Notes under the pieces: model-generated
What the model saw: only the letters and a program-made list of their open reading frames with translations
What the model was told of the DNA's origin: nothing
The model's database searches: none
Made by a program: the position numbers and the translations under genes
NCBI GenBank assembly: GCA_035429705.1
Contig: DAOMFH010000002.1
Coordinates: 1 to 33,198, forward strand
DNA from: Actinomycetota bacterium
GTDB taxonomy: Bacteria > Actinomycetota > Actinomycetes > S36-B12 > UBA10799
DNA: 33,198 nucleotides
Direction of reading: 5' to 3'
In this document: positions 24,113 to 33,041 of the stretch, piece by piece
Layout: the number at the start of each line of letters is the position of its first letter
Position numbering within the stretch: the first letter of the stretch is position 1

Positions 24113-25651
24113 TCAGATCCGTGCGTTGATGAGCTGGTACCCGGAGTCCTCCCGCGTGCCGCCCATCCCGTCGCCGTACCTGCGGTAGTCGTCGACCCAC
24201 TCCAGGCTGCGGATGTACTTGACCATCTTATAGCCGACGTAGGACTCGATGCGGATCCGCAGCGGCGCACCGAAGGTGTAGGGCAACGGCTTGTCGTTCA
24301 TCTCCCAGGCGAAGATGGACTCGTCCTCCCGGCACGCGTCGATCGGGATGCACGAGTAGAACGGCTCCAGCGGCCGGTGGTCGTGCATGTGCTGCGCCAG
24401 GCCGAAGGACGTCACCAGCAGGTACTTGGCACCCGCGGGCGGCGGACCGGACAACGCCATCAGGTCCATCACCTTCGGGCCGGTCCACTTGGCGATCCCG
24501 GTCCAGCCCTGCATACAGGCGTGCAGGGAGATCTGGGTCTGCTGCGGCAGCGCCTTGATCTGCTCGAACGCAACCATGACCGTGTTGGTCCCCTTGATCT
24601 CCAGCACGTAGTCCGCGAAGTCGTCCTGCGCCAACCGGGTCCACTCCGGGGACTCCTGCGGGGTGGGGTAACGGCCGTTGGTCCAGTGGTACGGCGAGAT
24701 GTCCTTCTCGCTGTAGGTGCCGAGCCGGCGGGTGCGCGACTGCATCTTGTTGATCGTGTGCTTTCGCAGCGGTTCGGTCAGGTGGTTGAGGAAGATCTGG
24801 GTCCTGCGCTTGTCGACGAGACTGAGGTAACTGATTGCGATCCACGCCACGACCGACACCAGGATGACGATCAGCATCACGGTGGTCGCCTGCGCCACGC
24901 GGGCCGGGTCGTATCCCCCGAAGACCATGTTCGTGACGTTGTGCGGCCGGTGCACGAGGAACACCAGGGACACGTGCATCACGATGAAGAAGGTCAGGAA
25001 AGCCATCCCCAGGAAGTGGATGGAGCGAGCCGCCTGACGGCCGCCGAACAGTTTCGGCAACCACGGGTACTGGCCGATCACGGCCGGCGACATGCAGGGG
25101 CCGGTGAGCATCATCAGCGGTGCGGCCACGAAGACGACCACGAAGTACATCAGCGACTGCAGAGGATCGTACGGGTTGAAGTGTTCGATGTCGGGAATCC
25201 CGAATCCCGCGTAGATCTTCAGCGACTCCCATGCCTGCGGGAAGACGTCCCCCGACGTCGGGACGATCCGCCTCCAGTTGCCGGTCGCGAACAACAGGGT
25301 CACGTAGACCAGCCCGTTCAACACCCACAGGGCCGTGATCAGGCCGTGCCAATGGCGGCCCAGCCCCGGGTTGCGCCCGCCGGGCAGGGTCAGCCAGCTC
25401 GGCGGCTCCGACTCGTCGTCGTGGGCTGTGTAGGCGCCCTCCTCCGGTGGCACCACCCGCTTGGTGAATTTGATCCACTCGGTGCCCGGTCCGCAGTCGT
25501 TGCGCCAGTAGAACCGGGGATGCGTCGCGATGATCTGCCAGCCCGAGCGGATCAGCAGAACGATCAGGAAGAAGTTGATGAGATGTGTTGCGCGGAGCCA
25601 CAAAGGGAACCCGAACTCCGCCGTGGCGAGCAGCGTCATACTTGTCACCAT
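24113..25651 (-). CDS. Fused membrane cytochrome-b-like domain + molybdopterin-dependent oxidoreductase (sulfite oxidase/MsrP-YedY fold)
   Basis: 512-aa ORF. The N-terminal approx 270 aa is polytopic with conserved His in the TM helices (RATHLINFF, RHWHGLITALW, RSIHFLGMAF, MHVSLVFLVH). The C-terminal approx 200 aa carries Oxidored_molyb-like blocks (..ISLHACMQGWTGIAKWTG.., ..FGAPLRIRIESYVGYKMVKYIRSLE..). Confidence 0.8.
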   Translation of the reverse strand: MVTSMTLLATAEFGFPLWLRATHLINFFLIVLLIRSGWQIIATHPRFYWRNDCGPGTEWIKFTKRVVPPEEGAYTAHDDESEPPSWLTLPGGRNPGLGRHWHGLITALWVLNGLVYVTLLFATGNWRRIVPTSGDVFPQAWESLKIYAGFGIPDIEHFNPYDPLQSLMYFVVVFVAAPLMMLTGPCMSPAVIGQYPWLPKLFGGRQAARSIHFLGMAFLTFFIVMHVSLVFLVHRPHNVTNMVFGGYDPARVAQATTVMLIVILVSVVAWIAISYLSLVDKRRTQIFLNHLTEPLRKHTINKMQSRTRRLGTYSEKDISPYHWTNGRYPTPQESPEWTRLAQDDFADYVLEIKGTNTVMVAFEQIKALPQQTQISLHACMQGWTGIAKWTGPKVMDLMALSGPPPAGAKYLLVTSFGLAQHMHDHRPLEPFYSCIPIDACREDESIFAWEMNDKPLPYTFGAPLRIRIESYVGYKMVKYIRSLEWVDDYRRYGDGMGGTREDSGYQLINARI

Positions 25652-25838
25652 AGCCCTTGTGAAAATTCGCCGGACGGCGGGTTGGGAGGCGGTTACCGGA
25701 CACTGAGTTGATCATGATATGGAGGCTTCGGATCTCAGCGGCGGTAGGACCAGCCGGTGGCTCGAACGGCGCAGTCGTGAGCCTGCGCGACCAGCCGATT
25801 CCGGTTCACGGATGCAGCACACCGGCCCCGGAGTCCGG

Positions 25839-27458
25839 TCAGTGTGTCGCAGCGGCCTGCCACGGCAGGGTCAGATCCCGCACCACCGCTTCCAACTCCG
25901 CCGCCCGGCGCTCGTCGTCCCAGTGCAACTCATCGCCCACCACATCGGCGACGGCTCGCAGGACCCGCTCATCGGGTAGACCCAGCGTGCCCAGACCGGT
26001 GCGGCGCAGCAGCACATCCGACAGGCGGCGGGCCGATTCGTGACGCGCCGCGACCAGCGCCTGGGCCAGCAGTTCGCCGTCCGCATCCAACTGCTGCGCC
26101 AGTTCCGGATGCGCCCTGGCCAGGTCGAGCACGGCGTCATGCTCGGTGCCGTGGTGGCGGGCCAGGTACCTGACGGTGCCGACTGGGAAGTCCCGGTTAC
26201 GCGTCACGCTGCCGGCCACATACTGCTCGATCGGTCCGGTTCCGCAGGCGTGCAAAGGGCTTGTTGCCGTGCGGCTCGGCGCCAGCGGCCTGCCGAGCTT
26301 CGCCCCGACCAGTTGCACCACCTTGTGCGCGAAACCCCGACTGGTCGTGTACTTGCCGCCCGCAGCCGTGACCAGACCCTGCAAACCGCCGTGTTCCGCG
26401 TGGGCGTGATCGATCACCTCGGCGGCACGGGTGGCGTGGTATGTGTCGCCACCGGCATCCTCGGTCAGCGGCCGCAGACCGCCGTAGGCGTGCAGCACGT
26501 CGTCGAGTCCCAGCCGCACCGGCAGCAGACCCGCGGCGTTGATGTCGGCGAGGAACTGCGTCACGCTCTCCTGCGTCACCCGCCACTGCGAGACCTCCCC
26601 CCGGTAGGCCTTCTCGGTCGGCCCGATCATGCTGTGGCCCCGCCAAGGGGCGCAACTGAAGTGACCGGTCGGGGTGACGTGCAGGGTCATCCGGTCGGTG
26701 AGTTGCCGCGTGATCAGGTAGATGCCTTCGGACCGGATGGCTGGAGCCGGCCCGGCGGTCCCGCACGTAGCGGCTGACCCGGCCAGCATGTCGAAGACCC
26801 ATGGTCCGGTGGCATTGACCACCATCCTCGCCCGAATCTCCTGCCGGACGCCTGTCAGCACGTCGCACACCCGCGCGCCGACGACGGCGTTGCCGCGCGT
26901 GAGGAACTCCTCGGCCTCGGTGTGGTTCGAGACCAGCGCCCCACAGGCGGCGGCCGACCGCACGAAGGCGAGCGTCAGGCGTTCCGGGCAGATCATCAGG
27001 CAGTCGTGGTACAACTCTTCGTTCGCCGACAGGCGGCGGTGCCGGGGAATGCGTTTGGCCGGGTCGTCCACGCGATTGCGGTCGAACGACAGCAGATCGT
27101 AGGCCGTCAGGCCCAGTCGCACGACGGGCCCGGAGTCGGGCAGCACGATGGGGTAGACGTCGATCAGGTTCGGGGCGATGTTGCCCAGAATCCGCCGCTC
27201 CCGCAACGACTCGCGGACCAATCGGATCTCGAACTGTTTCAGGTACCGCAACCCGCCGTGGATGAGTTTGCCGGTCGCCGCGGAGGTGGCACCCCCGTAG
27301 TCACGCGCCTCGACCAGCGCAACCCGCAGGCCACGCGAAGCCGCCTCGTAGGCCACGGCCGCGCCCGTGATCCCGCCGCCGACGACCAGCAGATCCACGG
27401 CCCGCACGGGCATCGCGTCGTCCTCGACGAACCTCCCGATGGTGAACGGAGCGGTCAT
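25839..27458 (-). CDS. glpD: FAD-dependent glycerol-3-phosphate dehydrogenase family protein (GlpD-like)
   Basis: 539-aa ORF with DLLVVGGGITGAAVAYEAASRGLRVALVEARDYGGATSAATGKLIHGGLRYLKQFEIRLVRESLRER. An ATGA overlap joins it to the upstream kinase. Confidence 0.85.
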   Translation of the reverse strand: MTAPFTIGRFVEDDAMPVRAVDLLVVGGGITGAAVAYEAASRGLRVALVEARDYGGATSAATGKLIHGGLRYLKQFEIRLVRESLRERRILGNIAPNLIDVYPIVLPDSGPVVRLGLTAYDLLSFDRNRVDDPAKRIPRHRRLSANEELYHDCLMICPERLTLAFVRSAAACGALVSNHTEAEEFLTRGNAVVGARVCDVLTGVRQEIRARMVVNATGPWVFDMLAGSAATCGTAGPAPAIRSEGIYLITRQLTDRMTLHVTPTGHFSCAPWRGHSMIGPTEKAYRGEVSQWRVTQESVTQFLADINAAGLLPVRLGLDDVLHAYGGLRPLTEDAGGDTYHATRAAEVIDHAHAEHGGLQGLVTAAGGKYTTSRGFAHKVVQLVGAKLGRPLAPSRTATSPLHACGTGPIEQYVAGSVTRNRDFPVGTVRYLARHHGTEHDAVLDLARAHPELAQQLDADGELLAQALVAARHESARRLSDVLLRRTGLGTLGLPDERVLRAVADVVGDELHWDDERRAAELEAVVRDLTLPWQAAATH

Positions 27459-28288
27459 CGTGGGTCCTTCAGCAGCGACAGGACCTCCTGCCGCAGACGG
27501 TCCCGCTCACTGGCGACATCCAGCGTGCTCATCCGCAGGACCACGACCGGTAGCCGCCAGGCCCGGATCCGCTCGTCGGTCATGCCTGTCGATCGGCGGT
27601 ACTCGGCCAGATAGGCCGACAACACGATGCCCCGGATCTGCTGGATGACCAGTCGCTTCAATGCGGGTGTTCCGGGCCACAGTTCGGCATCGCGGATCAA
27701 CAGCACGGTCATGGCCACGTCCGCGGCCGGGTCCCCGCGCAGCGTGGTCTGCCAGTCGATGACCACCAACCGGTCGCCATCACGGAAGACGTTCTCAGTG
27801 TGGAAGTCCATGTGCAGTATCCGGTCGCCGGCCGGCAAGGCCTCGATGTTGCGGATCGCCTGAGCGCGCTGGCGATCACTCAGGAAGTTCAGCGGCGGGG
27901 TGTTCAGGGCCGCGACGGATTCCTCGCGAACCTCGCTGAACTGCGAGGTGGGTGCTGCATGCAGTTGAACGTGAGTGCTGGCCAGGGCTCGGGCGCCACT
28001 CCGGATCTGCAGTGGATTGCGTTCGGCTCGCGTGGTGAGCGACTCGCCCGCGATCCGCTCCAGGAGCAGGCCCGGCCGGCCGTCGACCTCGACCAGCCCG
28101 TGGCAGGCCGCCGTGTCCACCCCGATCCGCAGCGCCTCCTCGATCGACCGGCGCTCCAGGTCGGCCCGCTCCACCGGATAACCCGCCTCGAACAACTTCA
28201 GGACGAGCCCGCCTTCGGGCCAGTCGAATATCTGCGCACTGCGCCCGGTCGCGAAGGGCTCGCCGAGGTCCGCCAGGTTCACACTCAC
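27455..28288 (-). CDS. APH/ChoK-family small-molecule kinase (phosphotransferase enzyme family)
   Basis: It has a glycine-loop-like region FATGRSAQIF, the lysine motif LVLKLF, the catalytic loop ILHMDFHTENVF and the metal-binding motif VVIDWQ. GTG 28288 overlaps the aldolase stop (GTGA). The track start at 28417 lies inside the aldolase gene. Confidence 0.75.
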   Translation of the reverse strand: MSVNLADLGEPFATGRSAQIFDWPEGGLVLKLFEAGYPVERADLERRSIEEALRIGVDTAACHGLVEVDGRPGLLLERIAGESLTTRAERNPLQIRSGARALASTHVQLHAAPTSQFSEVREESVAALNTPPLNFLSDRQRAQAIRNIEALPAGDRILHMDFHTENVFRDGDRLVVIDWQTTLRGDPAADVAMTVLLIRDAELWPGTPALKRLVIQQIRGIVLSAYLAEYRRSTGMTDERIRAWRLPVVVLRMSTLDVASERDRLRQEVLSLLKDPR

Positions 28289-28950
28289 GGTTTCGCCTTT
28301 CTCGCAGTGCCGTAGTGGGAGGCCACGGCCGCCTCGATCACGGCTCGTTGCTGGTCGTCGGTGAGCGCCCGAGGCCGCCCGATCGCCGCCGCCCGCCAGT
28401 ACAGTTCGGCGGCCCACTCCAGTAGGACCGCGTTGTCCATGGCCTGTTGCAGATCAGCACCCAGCGCGACAGTGCCGTGGTTGGCCAGGATCGCCGCCTG
28501 CTTACCCACCAACGCTGCACGTACCGCGGCAGCCAGTGCCTGGCTGCCGAATACCTCGAACGGCGCCACCCGGATCGCACCCCCCAGTAGCAGTTGCTGA
28601 TAGTGCACGCACGGCAGTTCGTCGATGACTAGCGACAGGGCGGTTGCCATCGCGGAATGGGTATGGACAACCGCACCCCCACGCTCACGCAAGGCATCGA
28701 GGTGAAGCTCCATCTCGGAGGTCGGCACGAGGTCACCGGCGAGCAATCGGCCCTCGAGATTCACCACGCTGACCTGTTCGGCACTCGCCTCGGCCAGCCG
28801 GATGCCCGTTGCCGTGATGGCCACCTCATCACCCGTGGGCCCCACGAACCGATGGCTGACGTTTCCGGCGGTACCCACCAGCAAGCCCCGGGCAGCGAGT
28901 TCCCTACTGGTGTCCGCGACGGCGGTTCGAGCGTGTTCACGGGCATCCAC
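28285..28950 (-). CDS. Class II aldolase/adducin-family protein (FucA/AraD/MtnB-like)
   Basis: 221-aa ORF with the motifs GTAGNVSHRF, ..ITATGI.., PTSEMELHLD and GAVVHTHSAMATALS. Confidence 0.8.
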   Translation of the reverse strand: MDAREHARTAVADTSRELAARGLLVGTAGNVSHRFVGPTGDEVAITATGIRLAEASAEQVSVVNLEGRLLAGDLVPTSEMELHLDALRERGGAVVHTHSAMATALSLVIDELPCVHYQQLLLGGAIRVAPFEVFGSQALAAAVRAALVGKQAAILANHGTVALGADLQQAMDNAVLLEWAAELYWRAAAIGRPRALTDDQQRAVIEAAVASHYGTARKAKP

Positions 28951-29003
28951 GAACCCAGTATCCGTGTAGTATCAAACCAAAGTCAAGTTTGCTTAGGAGT
29001 CTC

Positions 29004-29642
29004 GTGAGCGATCAGGAACACCCGGCCCGCGCGGCTCTGCGCCGGGTTCCCACCCAGGCCCGGGCCCGGCAGAAGGTCGACCGTGCCCTCGACGCGGCCG
29101 AGTCGCTACTGGAACGTGAGGGAGTCCGGGCCATCACCCTGCCCCGGGTCGCCGAGGAGGCGAACATCTCCGTGGGCGCCCTCTACCAGTACCTGCCGGA
29201 CCGGGATGCGATCGTCGCGGCCCTGTCCGCGACCTACTACGCCCGGCTCGAGTCCCTGATGGACACCCTGGTGGCCGAGCTGTCGAGCACCCGCCCGCCC
29301 GACCCGGTGGGAGCCGTGGTGTCAGCCTTCGCCCGGTTCTACCGGACCCAGGCAGGCACCCGCGCGACCCGCGCAATGCTGCAGGGAAGCGGCCAGTTGA
29401 CGTTGGCCCGCGAGCACAAACTGCGGATGGTCGGGAAGGTCCAGACCCTGCTGATCGCTTTGGGAATGATCGCCCCGGACGATCCGGAGACGGTCGCGCA
29501 CACGGCCTTCTTCGCCGCGGACGCGATCATCCACGAAGCCTTCGCCGACGATGACTACGGCGACCCGGCCCTTCTGGGCGAACTCACGGCAATGCTGCGG
29601 GCCTACCTGGAGGAGCGGGTGGTAGCCGGATCGGGTCACTGA
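29004..29642 (+). CDS. TetR-family transcriptional regulator
   Basis: It has an N-terminal HTH (RQKVDRALDAAESLLEREGVRAITLPRVAEEANISVGALYQYLPDRDAIVAAL). GTG 29004 sits behind AGGAG, with an alternative TTG at 28989. It is divergent from the aldolase operon. Confidence 0.8.
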   Translation: MSDQEHPARAALRRVPTQARARQKVDRALDAAESLLEREGVRAITLPRVAEEANISVGALYQYLPDRDAIVAALSATYYARLESLMDTLVAELSSTRPPDPVGAVVSAFARFYRTQAGTRATRAMLQGSGQLTLAREHKLRMVGKVQTLLIALGMIAPDDPETVAHTAFFAADAIIHEAFADDDYGDPALLGELTAMLRAYLEERVVAGSGH

Positions 29643-29652
29643 CACGCGTCCG

Positions 29653-29883
29653 CTAGCCGCGACTCTGGGCGATCGCCACGGCCAGTCTGCTGGCCACCTC
29701 GTCCACGGTGGACTGGTCGTAGTCCGCGAGCAGCCGCATGGACAGTTCCGCGAGCATGGCGAAGGCCAGTACGCGCTGCGCGTCGTTGTCGAACTGTCCG
29801 AGCAACTCGTCGGCGGCCGCGAAGTCGCCGCGGGAGCGGGCCGCCACGAAGGCAGCCGCCCGCTGCACGCACTCGGTGGTCAT
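29653..29883 (-). CDS. Small helical hypothetical protein (76 aa) downstream of sodA
   Basis: ATG 29883 lies 7 nt after the sodA stop. 70 of 76 third codon positions are G/C, which is strongly coding-like. I recognised no motif. Confidence 0.55.
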   Translation of the reverse strand: MTTECVQRAAAFVAARSRGDFAAADELLGQFDNDAQRVLAFAMLAELSMRLLADYDQSTVDEVASRLAVAIAQSRG

Positions 29884-29890
29884 CACCGCA

Positions 29891-30496
29891 TCAGCCCGCG
29901 GACGTGGCCCCCGCATCCGCTAGCCGCTGGCTGACATCGGCCCAGTTGACCAGATCCCACAGTTTCTCGACGTAGTCGGGCCGCACGTTCTTGTACTGCA
30001 GGTAGTAGGCGTGCTCCCAGGCGTCGAACACCAGGAGGGGGGTCGAACCGATGCCCACGTTCCCGTGGTGGTCGTAGACTTGCGTGACGATCAGTTGGCG
30101 CCCGAGCGGCTCCCAGGCCAGCACACCCCACCCGGAACCTTGCACCGATTGGGTGGCCACGGTCAGTTGCTTCTTGAAGCTGTCGAAGGAGCCGAAGTGC
30201 TCGTCGATCGCGGCCGCCAGCTCGCCGTCGGGCCGGTCGCCCCCCTCTGGCGAGAGGTTGTTCCAGAAGATCGAGTGCAGCACGTGGCCGGAGACGTTGA
30301 ACGCCAGGGTCTTCTCCAGGCCGACGAGTCCGCCGAACTGACTCTTGTCCCTCGCCTCTGCGAGTTGTTCCAGGGTGTCATTGGCACCCTTGACGTACGC
30401 GGCGTGGTGTTTCGAGTGGTGGAGTTCCAGAATCTCGCCGCTCATGGCCGACTCCAGCGCGCCGTAGTCGAACGACAGGTCGGGCAGGTTGTACAT
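29891..30496 (-). CDS. sodA: Fe/Mn superoxide dismutase
   Basis: It encodes [35 protein letters not shown]...FWNNL...GSGWGVLAW...[21 protein letters not shown] (201 aa) with all four metal ligands in context. GGGGAG lies upstream of ATG 30496. The 311-aa track ORF is an upstream extension. Confidence 0.95.
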   Translation of the reverse strand: MYNLPDLSFDYGALESAMSGEILELHHSKHHAAYVKGANDTLEQLAEARDKSQFGGLVGLEKTLAFNVSGHVLHSIFWNNLSPEGGDRPDGELAAAIDEHFGSFDSFKKQLTVATQSVQGSGWGVLAWEPLGRQLIVTQVYDHHGNVGIGSTPLLVFDAWEHAYYLQYKNVRPDYVEKLWDLVNWADVSQRLADAGATSAG

Positions 30497-30526
30497 GTGC
30501 TCCCCAGATCTTGACGATGGATCTTG

Positions 30527-30543
30527 TTGCGAATAGTTCGCAA
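30527..30543. promoter_or_regulatory. Perfect 7-3-7 palindrome TTGCGAA-TAG-TTCGCAA, a candidate operator upstream of sodA
   Basis: The arms at 30527-30533 and 30537-30543 are exact reverse complements. The site lies 31-47 nt upstream of the sodA ATG, in a locally AT-richer patch. Confidence 0.4.
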
Positions 30544-30553
30544 TAAGGAGCCT

Positions 30554-30877
30554 ATGCCCTCCTGCCGGGACCAGCACTCCCCGTGGCCTTCTCGAGTGGC
30601 CAACCTGCCGGACCAGGTCAGCCTCGGCTTCGACAGGCGGGCGCCGCGGGTGGTGCCGCTGCGGGTGCCGAACTGGCGACGGCGCAGGGTCCACCTCCCG
30701 CACGAAGAGCATCGAGCACGTCTCCTGCCCGGCGGGGCCAGCACAGTCGTCTGCCTCATCGGGCTCCTGCTGGGAGACGTGATGGTCGCGAACGTCTCGC
30801 CGGCCGCTGACGCTGATCATCGGCAAGGGCTCGCAACCGCTCAGCCGAGCGACGACTTCCGTGCGGCGGCGCAGTAA
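30554..30877 (+). CDS. Candidate 107-aa single-TM protein divergent from sodA (hypothetical, uncertain)
   Basis: AAGGAG lies 3 nt before ATG 30554. Hand-counted codon-position GC is about 78/53/82 %, which is periodic and coding-like. It has one hydrophobic segment, [20 protein letters not shown]. Against it, the product is Arg/Pro-rich and only 57 nt separate its ATG from the sodA ATG. Confidence 0.25.
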   Translation: MPSCRDQHSPWPSRVANLPDQVSLGFDRRAPRVVPLRVPNWRRRRVHLPHEEHRARLLPGGASTVVCLIGLLLGDVMVANVSPAADADHRQGLATAQPSDDFRAAAQ

Positions 30878-30890
30878 GCCTCAGACCGGC

Positions 30891-33041
30891 TCAGGGCCGC
30901 AACGTCTTGAGCCGACCTGCCCGCCAGGCAGCGAAGTCGCTGGCATACCACCGGGACCGCACCCGGTCCGACGGTCCCCCGGCCAGGACGGTGTGCGCGG
31001 CATCCTCGGCGAAGTCCGTGGCGATCCGCAGGGTGGGCATGAACGAGGTGTCAGCTCCCGCCGAGCGGAACAACTGCCCCTGCTGGACCGTGCCCCGGCC
31101 CCCGGCAAGCGGGAAAGGACCGCGGTCGAAACCCAGTCTGGCCAGCGGCGTGCCGCCGAACAGCAGGTGACGCGCGGTGGTCGGGCGCAACTCGCCCCAC
31201 GGCACGACCGGACCGGGTAGCGTCCGCCTGGCCACCTGGGCGTAGATGTCGGCCCGGGAGCGCCCGCCGAACCACCCCGAGTCTGCGCGCAGCAGCACAC
31301 CGTCGAAGCTACCCTCGAAGTCTGCGAGGATCCCCGTCTCGGCGAACAGGTAGTCGATCACCTCACCGCCGAGCACACTGCCGAACACCTCCTCGACCAG
31401 CCCGCGATGCCAACGCTCGAACAGGGTGGCGCCGAGCGAGTCCACCGCGTAGGAACAGTCCCAATCCCGCAGGATCCGCTCGTTGTCGCTGTCACCGAGC
31501 AGCGGCAACAGCACCTCGAGGTAGGCCCGGGGGTGCGCCGCGACGAGGTCGACCTGCAGCCGTTGGGTGTCCTGAACGGTCCAGGAATCGTTTGCTTGCA
31601 GCGTCTCGGCGATCCGCACGGCCCGCGAGTCACTCATCGGAAGGTTGATCGGCGCCCGGCGGCCGAGGTGATTCAGGTCATCGTTAGCGGTCACGATGAA
31701 CCCGGCCTCCGGGTCCTGCGTGCGGGGCAGGTCCTCGGCGGGTGCGTAGCCTCGCCAGGCCGTCGCCGGATCCCAGGCCGGCAGTGGTGCCAGACCCGAA
31801 TCGGGCCGGTCCCGCAGCGGCATCAGGCCGGACATCTGGTAACCGATGGACCCGGCCTGGTCGGCCAGCACCCAGTTGAACGCCATCTCCAGCCCGCCCA
31901 GGGCGGCCATGCCCGCAGTGACATCCTGCGCACGCAGCACCTGCACCATCGCGGTCATCGATGCGCCTCCGCCCTCGGCGCCGGACCAGCGGGTGGCCAA
32001 CCGCAGCCCGTCCTCCTCTGGATCACCGTCGAGCACGCCCCGGTCGGTCTCGTGGACCACCAGGCGCACGGGTTTGCCCCGCCGCACGCCGATCTCCTCC
32101 ACCCGGGTCCGTACCGGCACCCATGTCTGCTCGCCATCAACGTCCCGGCGGACCAGACCATCACGGCACTGCTCGACCCACGAGTCGGTGGCATCCATGA
32201 ACGCATACGTCGCCGTCCAGGCCAGTGCATCAGTCCGGCCCATGAGGAAGGCGGGCAGCCCCGGCATCGTCGCGGCGATCACCCAGTGACCCGGCCAGGT
32301 GCCGACAACCTCGCTCCAGATCGCGGGCAACCGAAGTTCCAGATGCGGATCCCCGGACAGCACCGCCCGTCCGCTGCGCGTACGCGACGGGCCGACCGCC
32401 CAGTTGTTCGAGGCGATCGGGCGCGGCACGTACGGCGTCCAGCGCACTTCCGGGGGCACCAGCGGTTCACCGAGGTCGACCCGTGCGACAAGCTCCTCGT
32501 CCAACCCGTCGAGCCCGCTTGGAAAGACCTCGGCCAGCAGGTCCCGGGGCACACCGGCTTTGACCATCTGGACGAGCAGCCGCTCCATCTCCCCCTGACT
32601 CTGGGCCAGGCCCACGAAGCCGACCAGCCTGGCGAGCACCACGCAGTCGGCCGGAGTCCACGGATCCGGGTGCTTGATGCCGAACAGCCTGAGTTCCCAG
32701 GGGGCGGTCCCGCGCAGTGCCAAGTTCACCCCCTCGCAGTAGGCCGCCAGCAACGCGTAGACATCCGGGGACAGCGACCCCACCTGCTCCTCGACACCCA
32801 GATGGAAGCCCATCCGACGGAACGCCTTGTCGGCCGCGAGCAACGGCGGCCCGGGCAGCCGCTCAGCGAGCCGACCCCGCCCGGCCATCCTTGTGAGCAG
32901 CATCTGCAGGGCCCGGTCGGTGCCATGTACCCAGCCCAGACCTCGGTAGAGGTTCGGCTCCGAATCCGCTTCGATGTGCGGAACACCGTGGACGTCCCGC
33001 TCGACTGACACTCCGGGCAGGCTGAGCAATTTCTTCCCCAT
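30891..33041 (-). CDS. Penicillin/AHL acylase-family Ntn hydrolase
   Basis: 716-aa ORF. It has the N-terminal block VERDVHGVPHIEADSEPNLYRGLGWVHGTDRALQM and the processing/nucleophile site ..PRPIA-SNNWAV.. (Ser211, nt 32409-32411), followed by GDPHL. No N-terminal hydrophobic signal segment is present. Confidence 0.85.
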   Translation of the reverse strand: MGKKLLSLPGVSVERDVHGVPHIEADSEPNLYRGLGWVHGTDRALQMLLTRMAGRGRLAERLPGPPLLAADKAFRRMGFHLGVEEQVGSLSPDVYALLAAYCEGVNLALRGTAPWELRLFGIKHPDPWTPADCVVLARLVGFVGLAQSQGEMERLLVQMVKAGVPRDLLAEVFPSGLDGLDEELVARVDLGEPLVPPEVRWTPYVPRPIASNNWAVGPSRTRSGRAVLSGDPHLELRLPAIWSEVVGTWPGHWVIAATMPGLPAFLMGRTDALAWTATYAFMDATDSWVEQCRDGLVRRDVDGEQTWVPVRTRVEEIGVRRGKPVRLVVHETDRGVLDGDPEEDGLRLATRWSGAEGGGASMTAMVQVLRAQDVTAGMAALGGLEMAFNWVLADQAGSIGYQMSGLMPLRDRPDSGLAPLPAWDPATAWRGYAPAEDLPRTQDPEAGFIVTANDDLNHLGRRAPINLPMSDSRAVRIAETLQANDSWTVQDTQRLQVDLVAAHPRAYLEVLLPLLGDSDNERILRDWDCSYAVDSLGATLFERWHRGLVEEVFGSVLGGEVIDYLFAETGILADFEGSFDGVLLRADSGWFGGRSRADIYAQVARRTLPGPVVPWGELRPTTARHLLFGGTPLARLGFDRGPFPLAGGRGTVQQGQLFRSAGADTSFMPTLRIATDFAEDAAHTVLAGGPSDRVRSRWYASDFAAWRAGRLKTLRP

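Noticed and set aside
24050-25711. 553-aa plus-strand ORF and a 495-aa minus-strand alternative-frame ORF (24228-25715) overlapping the cytochrome-b/Moco gene
   Set aside because: Both are Arg/Pro/His/Gly-rich without motifs. The 512-aa frame (24113-25651) carries TM helices with conserved His residues and Moco-domain blocks.
31407-33008. 533-aa plus-strand ORF opposite the acylase gene
   Set aside because: It is a shadow ORF with a low-complexity translation. The minus frame carries the SNNW nucleophile and other family blocks.
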